Source of the DNA: Nageia nagi
Lineage: Eukaryota > Plantae > Pinophyta
Direction: 5' to 3'
DNA: 64,000 bases
Assembly: GCA_050084985.1 (NCBI GenBank)
Contig: JBITNC010000001.1
Span: 98,146,001-98,210,000, forward strand
The translations under genes were made by a program, and so were the position numbers. The notes beneath the pieces are model-generated. The model was not told the origin of the DNA and ran no database searches. It saw nothing but the letters and a program-made list of their open reading frames with translations. Positions 1-13,900 of this stretch are shown here, piece by piece. The stretch's first letter is position 1, and the number at the start of each line of letters is the position of its first letter.

Positions 1-599
1 CTAGATACCTATTCAAGTTTTTCTAGAATGTTGGTTTAGCCTCATCTATTCTAAGCTAAAACATTAGCCATTTTTAATTTTTTATCCAATTGCCTAATTG
101 AATTACTCTTGGAATGCTATTTGGAGAGGGTCCCTCTTCTATCATGAATGGAGTTGGTTTTAGCTAGTTTTGAATGTGAATCTTTGGGAAAAGTTTCATA
201 CATATTTACATCCATCTCTTGGAGCACCATATCCTACTTTGGATTGACCTCCCAGGTCACCTATTCTATGTTATCCATAGGGTGTATAGGGTACTTCAAT
301 ACTAGGGATGCCTATTTATTTATTTGATTGGTTAAGTTAGCTTCCTATTATAATGTAGTTATCTCTTCCTTTGGGTTCTTTATGGGTTGCAATATTTGGA
401 AGCTATTTACCATAATGATTCTTATGTTCAAGGTAAGATCTGATTCATGAAATATTTGTACTACTTATGAGTTTTGTGATAGCTTACCTTGGGGTGTGGA
501 GATATCTTTGGATGGAGGTGAGCTAGATTCAGTAGGAGTAACTAGGCCTTTTACATATTATCCTTTACATTTGAGAACTTAGAAATTGTAATCTAGGGA

Positions 600-1300
600 T
601 CATTTTATAGGGTGATCAGTACAATGAGTTGGAAATTATTTACAATATGACTATGTTTTGAATATATTCAATAACTTAACTGAAGGTTTTCATAATCTAT
701 CTATTATTCTTAAATGAATCCATGATCCAGTAAGGAGTTACTAACTTACAATGGAAGTGGGGCCTCTAAGTCAATGTGTCTTAGATCCTAGCAAATGACA
801 TGGATTATCTCTCTAGGGTTTGATCAAAGGAGCATAAATAGACTCTAATCTAGGAATCAATGGACTTGAAGATTTCCTCATTGGTAAGTTTTAGAGGTAA
901 TTCCAAGAGTCAAACCCATACTAGTGCTTATGTCAAGTTTCTACCTTTTTCTTGAATCCTATATGCCAAGGCTTCATAAACAAATCAGCTCTCCCAAAAA
1001 ACCAAGGATCATTTTGAAATATTGCATCTCTATCCTCTATGATAGTGAAGGTATTTAGAAAATATTTGTGTGAATAGTGGCTATTGAAAACTTCCCCTTT
1101 GGTCATCCATGTTTTAGCTACCCAAGCCTTTATGGAATTTAAGTGAATGCAAGATCCATAGAATCTAAAAGTAAGCCCATGATACATGAGATGTTCAATA
1201 CAATGGCTGATCCATTCACTCCATATTTCCATCATTGGCATCCCTTCTCTAGCTCATAAACATCCATTTTTATTCTTGAGGGGGTCCCAGACTATCATGT
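600..1300 (-). mobile_element. L1-type LINE ORF1 remnant (DUF4283 plus degenerate zinc knuckle)
   Basis: ORF 933-1241 reads WVAKTW...DRDAIFQNDPWFFGRADLFMKPWHIGF, the plant LINE ORF1 DUF4283 pattern. A decayed C/H knuckle lies near 610-650. Boundaries are approximate. Confidence 0.75.
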
Positions 1301-2139
1301 GTATCTTTCTATAGTGTATTTATATCCCTTTAACACACTAATAAGTTGGACCTTTATTTCAAACAACATCACAAAATGAAGGCTTCAATTGGTGATCTTG
1401 GGCACCCATAATGCCAACAATTATGATTCGCCCAATTGTTACCAATTGGTTTTAGTTATAGAGCACTCTTCTTCCTTTTCATTCTACATTATCATTAAGT
1501 TATGAATTTTCATATGTCTCATCTAGATTGTTTCCTATGCTTACATATTTAGGAAATATTTGATTACTATTGAGAGTATGCTACTATTTCTTATCATGAT
1601 ATAGTTTTGTCTAAAGTCAAGAGGATTGAGTAAGTTAAGAGATTAGTTCTATATCAAACATATAGATACTGTTTACAATTTTTTCATATTCATACCTATG
1701 AGAGAATTTTGGAAAGAACTAATTTGACATTCTTCCATTTGGAAAGCTTTTAATATCCCAAATTTTAAATATTGGTTTGAAATAATATCACATTGTATTT
1801 TAATTTTCTTAACAAAACAAAGGGGTGGTTATACAATAATACTTACCTATTCAAGGGAAATAGCTACTCCAATTATAGTATAATTTTGAGGGCCAACTTG
1901 AAGGCCATGAAATACAATTGCATTAATCTTATCCTCATAATCATACATACCCTTCACACAAATAAGAGTATAATTGAGTGCTCATAAACTTGATTCCTAA
2001 AATGTAAAGTTACATTAAATATTTCTTTATTATTGGTAAAATATATTCATATGTAGCATTAATAGTAAATTCATGTGCATTATTCTCATTTCATTTTTCC
2101 AATAAATAAAAAAATAAATAACTAAGATATAAATTGACA

Positions 2140-3500
2140 CCCCACTCTAGGAAGACCAAACTTTACACTTTCAAGCACCTAGGAAACAATGTTATTCTCA
2201 AATAATGTACCACAAAATTGATATTTATAAAAATAAAAAAGGTTAAGCTAATCATAAAGATTTCATTTTATTTGAAATTGTATATATAATATTCATGCTT
2301 GTTAATTTACTTGAGACCCTTCCTGTAAAATATCATTGCTCTTCACTAACTACAAAGTGACTTGTGTGTTGTTATAACTATAACATTTACAAAATCAAAA
2401 GGAGATGGAACAACACTAGCTCTAACCAACCTAGTTATATGTACCATATCCTCCACTGGAATAGCTTTTTATTATCACAAACTTGCCTATATAAAAAGCT
2501 TTAAATCACATCAATAAATACTTATAAAAGTATAAAATATAAGGAGGTTCCTAATCTGATAATCATATGTTTTGCTTATTGAAAATATTTACCTTATGCA
2601 TCCTATCATAATCATAATGGTGGGAATAAGCACTAACACCCATAATAATGAGTTCTGATCTAATGAGGGTTGCACTCTTCTCCATCTATACAAAGTAATA
2701 TTTTCATAAAATTTGGTTTTAACTTTCAATTTTAAAGAAGTATTTAGTCCACACCATCAACAATGCCTTACAATTATTTTTCTTTAAACATTGGGTACTA
2801 ACATTAATTTTGTTTTTTGCAATATCTTAAATGTATAATAACTATCTTTAATAAATATCTTAGAATAAATATATTAAAAGGAATAGATAAATGGCATGGT
2901 CCATTATCAAGTTAAGAGGAGGAAGGCATTTACATACTCATACAAGGATAATAGAGAAAGTTTAAGACTCAAAAAATATTGTATCTCAATTTATTTTGAA
3001 TATATCTTTCAAGTATGGAAAAATGCTATCTTAGTTTCCCTAAAATTCTTACTCATAGCCCACTATGAACCTATAATTGGTTTGACCATAGCCTAATTAC
3101 CTCGAATATTCTTATTCAAGTTTTTACCTTCTCATTGCTCGATTTTCTTTTGCAATAGATTTGTAAGCTTCTTTTTCTTTCTTTTGTAGCATGGCTTGAG
3201 TGCACCTGAATATTACATTGGAAAATAATTGATATTAATTTTGATAACCATGTTTAGTAAAAGGAAAGATACATGAAATTAAATTTACCAAAAGTATTAG
3301 GTACCTTATTTTTGTTTTATTTTTTACTTTTGGCATCCCTCATTATAGGTATAATGGGATCAATTTTCTTACCAAATGTCTTGCAATAGGTTTTTTAATG
3401 TTGACATTCTTGAGAAAGGTGTTACTCTTTAGAATTTTGAGTTCCAAGTGTGCTAACTTTCTCTTTGGGAGTACAAATATCCATTGCCAAGATAAAATTA
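2140..3500 (-). pseudogene. Decayed spliced gene fragment, possibly DNA-transposon-associated (unassigned)
   Basis: Minus-strand donor/acceptor-like junctions (AAG|GTACCT near 3304, TTCAG| near 3206, AAG|GTAAAT near 2592) flank short frames full of stops. No family was confidently recognised. Confidence 0.25.
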
Positions 3501-3647
3501 TAAATAATCAAAAGTATGGATTCATGTAATACAAAAATATGACATAAACTACAAGATACACATATGCACCTACAAGGCTAAGAACAATTTATAAAACATT
3601 GGATTTTTATACTAAACTTATATATTTTATAACATAACACATTATTA

Positions 3648-4692
3648 AATGAATAAGTCACATTGTTCAGTTTCCATACTATTCTTCCCAACCTGTTTGA
3701 TACTCTCTCTTTGGGACTCACAACCATAATATGCAATTAAAAATAATTTTCAACTACTTGGTGATGGATTTTCATAATTTCTTTAAGAACTCCCTTGGTG
3801 GCATATGCTACAATAGCACTAGCAAAGGTTACAAAGTTTGGCTTTACATCTAGCACTTGTAACTAATTATAAGTATTTAGAGCCTTTTTAGAAAATCCAT
3901 TTTATATATATCCTATGATCATTTCATTTTATGTAGCTACATCTCGATGAGGCATTTTATCAAATAATACAAGGGCCCTTTCAATGTATCCATTTTATCT
4001 ATATTTTCCTATCATTGCAATCCATAAAACTATATCATAATCATACATCTTGTCAAATAATTATCTTGCCTTCTCTATGTTTTCATAATTTGCATATATC
4101 TCTACCAAGTTTGTCACAACCACATGTGATAAAAATATGCTTTTAAAGATTCTTTGATATATGTATAAACCCTATTGTAAATCTTCCAGTTTGATGCATG
4201 CTTTAAAGATATTGATGAAACTCATTGGACTATTATTTTTGTTTGTTGTATTTGGTTAAACTCTATTAATGCCTTTTGAGGAGAGCCATGTGTTTGATAA
4301 CCCATAATTATCAAATTACATGAGAATATGTCTCCTTCAATCATATAAACATCATTGATTCCCCTCAAAATTCCATAGTTGGTATACATGTGAATAAGTT
4401 TATTTTGTAGAAAGTTACTCCTATAAGGGTCAAATTTAAGTTTAAAGATATTGATGATTAAATGAAGGAGCTTACCTTGGAAGCACATTGTTGGCAATGT
4501 AGGATTACAAGAGTTGAATACATATAGAAGGCATAGATAGGAGTGTGTATGTGTATTTATAGTAAGAAAAATTTGTATTATGTGCTTCAGCCACCCATCT
4601 TGATAGAGTTGAGTGAGAGTGGTATTAAAATATTTTTAGTAGGTAAGTGATGAGATTTTTTAATTGTGAAAATGTGAGAAACAAAATACCAT
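3648..4692 (-). pseudogene. PLS-class pentatricopeptide repeat (PPR) pseudogene
   Basis: Frameshifted translation gives LYQDGWLKHIIQIFLT...GKLLH...FLQNKLIHMY...FINIFKACIKL...NIEKAR*LFDKM...GYIERALVLFDKMPHRDV...KPNFVTFASAIVA...KIHHQVVEN, then a jump to an E-domain-like tail (LNNVTYSF). Many stops. Confidence 0.85.
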
Positions 4693-4799
4693 CACCTTCA
4701 AAAGAGAAGGAGGTTGATATGGTCTTATAACCATCTATTTCTACCTCTATTAATATATGTTTTTGATATGTTAATATATGATTTTGATTGGAAAGAGTG

Positions 4800-5090
4800 T
4801 GTATGCAATGTAAGGGGATTTCTACTAACGAACTAGTAGAAATCCATTTAGAACCTTCATCTATTAGACCTACATGGTTGAACTCATGCACATGTACAAA
4901 ATACACACAAAGGTTGTGTACATGTCTATCAAGGTATTCACGACCATGACATTTGATCAAAAATCATTTTCAACTACTCATTAATGGATGTCCATACCAT
5001 CTTCTATAGTTACCATGGTGTTACATGCTAGGAGAATGCCAACAAAAGTTGTAGAATATGGACATCACCACATCCATAAAATACTTCTTC
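4800..5090 (-). pseudogene. Second PLS-PPR fragment with internal deletion
   Basis: PYSTTFVGILLAC...GMDIH**VVENDF*SNVMVVNTLIDMY is fused directly to TTFVCILY...HVGLIDEG (the ACSHAGLVDEG-type motif). Confidence 0.75.
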
Positions 5091-6439
5091 TTTCATGGCT
5101 TTGAGGTGAAATGAAATATGCTAAGGTTTTTTGGAGTATGAGGTAGGAAAGGAATTTTCATGTGCTTTCCTAATGATTTTTCAAATTTTTGTAAATTGAT
5201 TTGAGTGGTAGTTTTAAACCATTTCTTTATAATTTACAATGGGAGTTTCAAACTAGCCCATAAAAATTGATAGTAAATTTACAAAAAAGTGATGGTTTTT
5301 AATGACCACACCAAAAATGCTTGAAATCAACTACTTTCAAAACCTATTTTTAGTCTACTATATATTCTCATTGAATCTAAGTTTTACCATGGAAAAATAT
5401 TATTTTCTACAAGATTAAAAACTTACTTATCCGTACTAGAAGCGATGATATCATTATGGATATGAAGCTTACCTTGAAGTAATCAAAGATTAAATAAGGC
5501 TTTATTTGTAGTTGCTATGATTTTCTTTTACAAAATTCACTAAATATTTTACTCCCTCAATAGTTAAATAGGTAAAGAGGATAAACCATATGCCTAGGAT
5601 TTGTTACTAAGATCAAATGGATGTAGGTTGATTTTAGAAGGGGCTAAACTTACATTATTATTAGGATTTTATAGTTTTATATGGGTTTTTCCACCATTCA
5701 AATATACAACTATCATTCTTCTCACCTCATTTATCTTACTCTTCTCTTTACCATTTCAAAATAATTATATGTTCACAATATATTATTATTATAGGAGGTT
5801 ACTAGTTAAATTATTTCAAAGAATTTTATTAATACATACTCATGATTAAATTTATGATTTACTAAGAAATTTTATTTACTATGTCAATATCATTAATTAA
5901 TTTTTGAAATTCATTCTAAATATAATAATTATAAAAGCATTAAACTTGATCATTTTTATACGATGAAATAAAATCCAAACAAAAATTTAAGTATATTATA
6001 AAATAATGACATAAGATAATAAAAATATACAATATTTACAATGATAGAGATATTAGAGGCATCCTGTTTAATATTCTTTTTCCAAATTGAAATTTATATA
6101 TATATTTGAAATGGGAATCATCTCCACTATAATATTTTCAAGTTCATGTGAGCAAAATGTAACAAAAGCACGAGCATAGTGCAATAAAAGGGTGAGCATG
6201 GCAAAGCAAAAGTATAAGAGAATTGTTTTAGAAGCATGAAAGGCTATTATTAAGAAAATTATAGCTTAGTGAAGCTATAATATTATCAAAATGTTGTTGA
6301 AATATATTCAAAATGTGATGTACAAATCAAGATTGCGACTTAATCCAAAGCCCTCTAAGGAATGTAAAAGCGTATTAATGTAGCAAAAAACATTCGTAGA
6401 GGAGGCAGTCAAGATGGTACTAGAGCCTAAATTTTCTAA

Positions 6440-6960
6440 TGATGAAGTTAGTATATTGATTACAAAAGAATAATAAATAAATAGATAATTGGCTAAAGTT
6501 ATCCCTTGTTGGTCTCTTTGTTGGGGTATGACCCCCTCTAGATATGATTCAAAGTTGGATGAAAGCAAGATGGAGTACAAAAGGATGGGTATCCCTAGTT
6601 TCTCTCCCAAGAGAATTTCTATTATTCATGTTTTAGTTTGATTAAGACCTACAAAAAGTGATATATATGGGTCCATGGCTCCTTGGGAAGAAAGGATTAG
6701 CCATCAAGCGATGGGAGAAAACTTTCTCCCCTAAAAGTGAAAATTTCAACATCATTCCAACATGGGTCTAACTACCCAAAATTCATCCATCTTGTTGGAA
6801 CCCATGCATGATAACAAAAAATTATAAAACCAATTGGATCCCTTTTCATAATTGAGGAATCAACAAGATTAAAACTTAAGTTTATAGTTAATTTAGATAT
6901 ATCCAAAAATATGATGGAGATAAAATTAAAAATAAAGGATAATGGATATATCTAAATTAA
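6440..6960 (+). mobile_element. L1-type LINE ORF1 remnant (DUF4283)
   Basis: The + frame near 6665-6880 reads MGPWLLGKKGLAIKRWEKTFSPKSENFNIIPTWV*LPKIHPSCWN...IGSLFIIEESTRLK. Confidence 0.75.
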
Positions 6961-7639
6961 CAGAAAGAGCATGGATAGAAATTAGTTTAGAAATAACAAG
7001 TAGGAAAAAAATTAAAATAATACATCCAAAACATAGATAAAGAAAACCATGTAAGAAAAATAATCAACTTAAAGAAGTACAACTAAAGAAATTAGCCATG
7101 ACAAACAACTATTTAGTGCTATCAATTTTAGAAGGAATAGACAAAGAAGAAATGAATTATAATATAGATTTTTCAAAAGATGAGACAACAAATATGGAAT
7201 CCCATCAAGAAATATGCTAAAAACTAGAAAAATAGAAAATGTTAGACTAAGACATGTGAAGAGACTATCCCAAGGAAATACAAGAGAGAAACTCACTAAA
7301 TAATATATAGAAAATGGAAAATAATCAACTCTACATCAAATTAAAAAAATTTAGCCCACCTTTGGCCTAAACAAGGGATTTCTTAATCAGAATATTCCAA
7401 CAATAAAGAGATAATAGGATTGCATCTTAGCTATGATTCAAATGTATTTTGAATACTATTTGATAATTTTCTATTAATACAATTTGTAAAGTAGGTTTCA
7501 TTAGCTCTACCAATAGGTTATAGCTTGGTAGCATCTAAACATATTTTATTTTAATAGGTTTTTTGTAAATTTTATTAGCTACCACTAGGCATAGATGTGT
7601 AGCAGTTGGGTAGCAGTTTCCTATTTTGGAAATCATTTT

Positions 7640-9408
7640 GTGATCAAATTGTTTTGGGGTCTATATGAAACCCCTCATAGCTTTTTATAATATAATTGAC
7701 CCATATTATCAATATATATGTCTTTGTTCCTTCCAAGATATCAGGCTCTTTTATTTCCAAAAGTATATGGAAGGCCTAGGAAGCCTTAAAACCTTCACTA
7801 GGATGGCAAGGGAATCGTAGAGGCTCTATAGTATATTATTCTTCTCTTAACTTTTGATGGTCTCTAGCCATTACTCATGAAGGCACTCGTTTAACACAAT
7901 TTCAATAGATTCATGCTCTTAGATTTAATAGGAATGGAATTAACTCTTTCTAAGATATTTATGATGTTCAAACCAAGAGTTGGTATACTTGGGACAAATT
8001 TAGAAATTTATATTATCTATCCTCTAGTGATAAATATACTTTTGAATTCTTGATTGATAAAACCTCCTCCTTTGTTTGGGTTTAGATTGGAAAAAATTTT
8101 CAAACCATTTGGTGGAAAGATTGGGTTTGGCCTAAGAATGTTCGTTTGCTTAAATATAAACCTCATCTTGGACACTCTTGGCTTTCATCTCATTTCCCAT
8201 GATTGAGGTTTTTAATATCATATGGGATCTTATTTCATCTCAATCTAGGTGGCAATTGTGATTTTCTACGATTTGGAAATCTTATATTGAACCTAAGCAA
8301 AGTTTTTTTGCTTGGATATTGTTGCATCAGGGTTTTCCTATTGATATCCATAGGGTTTATTTAGTGATACCTAATCCTAATTATGCTTTTTTGCAATTCC
8401 CTTTAATATTTCATACATGTTTTCTTGTCTTGTTTAAAAGTAAAAGCTACATGGGATTGGATTTTATCCTTTTTTAATTAATTCCTTGCTACACCTTGTT
8501 CCTAGGTACATGCCCTCTTGGGTTATACTTTGCATTTTTCTAAATCCTTACAAGAAGTGTGGTACATCTTCCATATTAATATTTTATTTCATTTATGAAA
8601 AAGCAAAAATAACATTATTTTTGGTAAAGAGGAAGCTTTTGTTTCTTTTTCCCTTTCTGATAAGTATGCCATATTCTATGATACCTAGTTACAGATCATT
8701 ATTCAAGTTGAGAAAGTAAATATGAAGGTTCAACACTTATGAAACATGTTGTACTTCTAGGCTAATGGCCCCTGTATCACTTAGCATTAGCATAATCCTC
8801 AACAGTGTGTTTTAGGTGGTAGGAGATGCCCCCAGGATTAAGATTCTCCTAAACACTAGCCTCCTTCACCTTCTTCACCACTTGTATGTCATTGGTCCTA
8901 GCCACCTCTTAACCCTAATATGCCTCACCCTAATGTTCCTTCTTTCTCCCATCCTTAGTCTATATGAGATGTACAACCAAGTATTTCTCCCCCTATGATA
9001 GCCTACGGTGCTAACTCTCCTCTACAACCATAATGCAGTTGGGGAGCTATGCCAGCATCAAGTCTTGCTCCTACTCATTTAGCTCCTATCCCATCTGGCA
9101 TTAATCTGGATGTGGATAATGATGGTTGTAGTGATGGTGATAGTGCTAACCATGGCTAGGATTATTTGGATCATACAAACAACTTTCATCCTCCTAATGA
9201 GCCTAAAATTGATTAATTTGATGCTTAGTAGTTGTATTACTCCATAATTAGTTTTTGGATTATGGTTTCCTTTTTTATGTTTGGGTTTTTTTGAGAAATT
9301 TGATACCAAATTACTACATTTAGTGTGATTTTTGGGGTGTGCTAATTCCACCCACTCGTTTTTGTATGATTAGTCTTTTCTAATATAAAGTCTTTTCATT
9401 CAAAAAAA
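7640..9408 (+). mobile_element. Decayed LINE 3' fragment (ORF2 C-terminal/zf-RVT region plus 3' tail)
   Basis: Degenerate WV.IG...WWKDW, zf-RVT-like and W..RN..IF-like segments. The fragment ends in a T-rich 3'UTR and CATTCAAAAAAA at about 9400. Confidence 0.55.
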
Positions 9409-10977
9409 TATGTCTTCGATGAATACTCTTAAAAATAATATGTATAAAAATTTAAATAGGGAGAAGGATTAGATTGATTATTATCAATTAAATGTAGGAG
9501 TGCTATTAAAAATATTATAAATAATGATAAATTCAACTCATAGAATATTTTGAGCTTGCTTGGACATATACACCATACAAATGAAGACATAGGCCCTATA
9601 AGAATGAATAAAGGTTGCAAGCATTTGGAAAAAAATGATTTTATTTTTATTTGCTTTCTTTTTTAGACTTTTAGGGTGGCCAACATGAATGGTCATCAAA
9701 GCTTTCGCTATCATATCAAGTTGATGCATCTACTCTATTTGAGTTATTTGAATTTTAAAAGAAATATTTATGTCATGTTACTGTCATACTATTATTTATT
9801 TAAATATAAAGTAAGGATAGTGTTGATCATCCTATTTCTAGGTGAATGAAGGTTGATTTGCATTTTCATATGTGTGAGTTATAAAATATTTTAGTGTAGG
9901 TATATGAGATATTTGAATTTTCAATTATATATAATGGAGTAATTTGAGTATTCAATCATATAAATAGCTATTTTCTATATTAGTTAAAATTATTTTAATT
10001 TATGTCCTATTGAATTTTAATATTATTGATGACAATTGTACTACTAGGTTATTATCAAGATCCATGTCCTAATATCATTTTTAGGCATGAAAAATTGGTT
10101 ATACAGGTGGGAACAAATGGGTCGTAGGGTAGTTCAACAAGTCCAATGTTCCAGTAGGAACTCTTAACCCATCTTAATCTATTCAACCCAACCGAACTCC
10201 TAGGTTGTCATTGCTATCCTATTGGGTTCAACTACAATTGAATGATTAAAATACTTATGAAGAAAGTAAAATACTCAAAAATATAAATTTAAATTATGAT
10301 TTTCAACCTAATGTATACTTAGGTTTAAGATTAGTATAGTTTACTTACATAAGTAACTCATTTTTCTTGTGTGATTTTTTCAAATTTTTTATTGTTTATA
10401 TTTTTTAAAATTTCTTTTCAGTCAATTAACTGAAATTATAGGAGTTATAATAAGTTATTTTTATTTAAATATTTCAAGAAAATTAATTATCTTCAAAATG
10501 TTTTTCAAAATATTAGAAGTTATTTTTATTCCATAAATTTATTTTTTTTAGTTTATGCATAAAATTTATAGTTTTAAATCTTTAGATTATCATTGAATGA
10601 TTAAAATATTAGTACATCCAAAATTTATTATAAGAGGTAATATACATATATAAAAGAGATTAAGAATGCAAAACTATGAGGATTATAGGAGAATAATGAT
10701 ATATGATAAAGTAGAAAAACAAGAATAAAAGTGTAAAGATGAAGCTTTAAAATATCAAGAAAAAATATTCAAATAGGAAAATTTATATAAGTTAGTAACT
10801 TTGCACAATAACATGTGTTGGTATTTAGAATGGTTGATTAAGTGAAAGAAAACAAACCAAAAATAAATAAATCATCATGTAAATAAAATAAATATCAAGC
10901 AAATGAGGTTCATCCAATATCTCATCAGGATACAAAATTATTGTGTTACTGTTGACAATGAATAATCTACCATTTTT

Positions 10978-13900
10978 TTTATTAAAAGGGTAAATTGTGT
11001 ATTAATCAATAAAATTGGAGTTTTGAGAATTCTTCAAAAGCTTCTTACAATAAGCTTGAGAAACTAAAGCCCTTAAGAGCTTCACAAAATAGGACATAAA
11101 AGATACAAGGAAAGCTTAAATGATCACAATGATTTGAGATACTAGGGGACTAAATATAGCAAAAAAATAAAATGCAGCATACATCAAAGCATTACTTTAA
11201 AAAAGTATAAAATTTGTAATGATATTTGTAATAATGGACATACTGTGCTTGTAGGATGCATTATCTAAAGGATGGATTTTACCCTAAAACTCCATACAAT
11301 GGACTAGGGTCACCCACGTACATCATTTCCTCTACTAGCATTCTAGCTTTAGCAACTATTTTCAAGGAGTTTTCAAGGAGATCTTGAAGTTTATATTATT
11401 GTAAGAACAATTACCTTCCTCCCAAGAGTCTGCAATAACTTCAGATAGAGTTCAATCATATCCATTATATGCCATTATAGAATGATCCAACCCTCCTTCA
11501 AATAACTTTCACACAGCATGGTTGTTCAATATTTCCTCATGTTTTCTTAGTTCAATCCTAATAAGATCACCTCCCATTTTACTTGTCTAAGAACCTTCAA
11601 CTTCTCCAAAACCTGCCTCTATTACCCTTCACTCTTAGCCAAAATGCAAAGTGTTTAAGAATCTCTATCATGATCCCAAGAAACTTTGGAAATGATGAAA
11701 TGTCATGAGGTATAGAAAACCTTGCACCAGTGTATAAAAAATAATGATGACCTTTCCAAGGAATACTATGTCATGTGCTTTGAAGTCCTACATTGAACAT
11801 AGGCGACATTACCTTTCTTATCAATCCTGCATTGGTCAAGTTTCATCTTGACTTTGATTCCGTGTGTTATACTTACTATCCATTTTATTAAAAAACACAT
11901 TGTATTTATTATGAAAACATGTTTTAATGTTTTTTATTGCCCTTAATATGATTAGTTTGACAACTCTCCCTGTTGCATTCTACTTGCCTTCAAAAACTCT
12001 TGAGTTATGCTCCTTCCATATTTGCCACATAGCATGAGTAACAAAAAATTGCCACATAAGTCGTTGCTTACTATTTTGATAGTTCAAAATTCCTTGCTTC
12101 AATAAGTCTAAGATAGAGCTAGGAAAAGATAAATAGTTATCATCCATCACTGTAATCCTTGCCAAATTTCTTTTGCATAAACACACTCTCTAAAGATATG
12201 ATTAGTAGATGCCTCCTCTCTACAGCATAATGAGCATCTATTTAGGATTTGAGAGCCTTTCTTTTTGAGAATGTCTATAGTATGTAGCCTATTGTGGGTG
12301 GTTAACCATAAAAATAAAATGATATTTGTGATCCAACCTTTCAACCAAACCTTTCTCCACAACTTCTTATCCTCCTCTCCTTTATCTCCATTAAGCCATC
12401 TTACTGCCTCCCTTATTGTAAATTCATCTTGATTTGAAATTTTCCATCTTACTTTATCTATATTCTCAATCAACTAATGGTAAGTAGATTATATTTCTTG
12501 AAGGACTTATTTAAGGATTTGATTACTAGTATCTAAATTCCACTTACCTATTTGACTATTAAAGTAGTTCTTAACCTTGGCTCCTTGTTTGTTAGTAAAT
12601 TACTATGCTTCCTTCAAACTATAGAAGATTAAAGGTATTTCCCTTAACCAAGCATCCTCCTAGAAGAATATAGCTTTTCCATTCCCAATACTCCATCAAC
12701 TATGGTTTGATATTAGGAGTCTAGCCTCCATCATTCCATTCTAGCAAGGAGAGCCATTTGGTGGATTCATAACTCTAAGGATATGGTTACTTTGTAAGTA
12801 TTTTGCTTTGCACACATTAATCCATTCTTTTTCCTCTCTATTAGCTATTATCTAGATTAGTTTACTCCTAAAAACTTGGCTAATGATTCTCATTTTTTGT
12901 AAACCTAAACCTCCTTTCATCTTCTCTTTGTAGACATTATCCCATTTGACTAGCGTAAATTTATTTTGCTCAATTATACTACTCCATAGAAATATTCTAC
13001 ATTTTGTGTTAACTACCTTAGCAATATGGATTGGCATTTTAAATATACAACCATTGTACATAGGTATACTATTCAAAGTAATTTGAATGAGTAAAAGTCA
13101 TACTATAAAAGTTAAAACTTTAACTGTCTAGCCAGTCAACTTACGATCCATCTCATCTAATACCCCTTCCCAAAAAGAGGCTTCAACATGCCCATGAACA
13201 AAGACATTATGATATACTTGGTTGAGTGTTCCCCTTTCCCACACCCAAATAACTTTGTAAATGTTTTATGTTCTTTTGGTGTAGAGAAGGGCATGAAATG
13301 TTTAGTTTTATTGAGGTTAACTCTTTGGTGTTAAGCCTTCTCATAATACTTTAAAACTTTGTTGAAAGCTTTTGTTTCCTTTTCTTGAGCTTGTTCAACC
13401 AAAATTGTATCATCAAAAAATTTATGATGAGTTATTGCACTACTCTCTCTAGCTAGTTTTGAACCCTTCAAAATGCCATCTTGATGAGCTTACTTTAATG
13501 CCCTACCTAGCACCTCTACCTTCAACATGAAAACATAAGGTGAAATTGGATCTCCTTGCCAAAGACACCTTTTTGAGCTAAAATAACCTAATAGTTCTCC
13601 ACTCACCAAAATAGAAAATTTTGGAGTTGAGATGCATTCCTTTATCTAGTCCCTCCATATTTTCCCAAATCCAAACTTCTCCAATATCTTATCCAAGAAA
13701 TTCCAGTTAACTCTATTGTAGGCCTTCTCCATGTCTAATTTTGGAAGAAAACATTTTCCTTCTTAACTTTGATAGAGTGTAGCATCTCATGCATTAGGAT
13801 TATACCATCTGTGATATACTACCTTTTAACAAATCCATCTTGCTCTTCATCTATTATTTGGTGAAGTAGATCCTTCATTCTCTCAACTATTATTTTTATG

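Noticed and set aside
4550-4562. Minus-strand TATA box for the PPR pseudogene
   Set aside because: It lies inside the PPR N-terminal coding remnant, which extends to about 4690.
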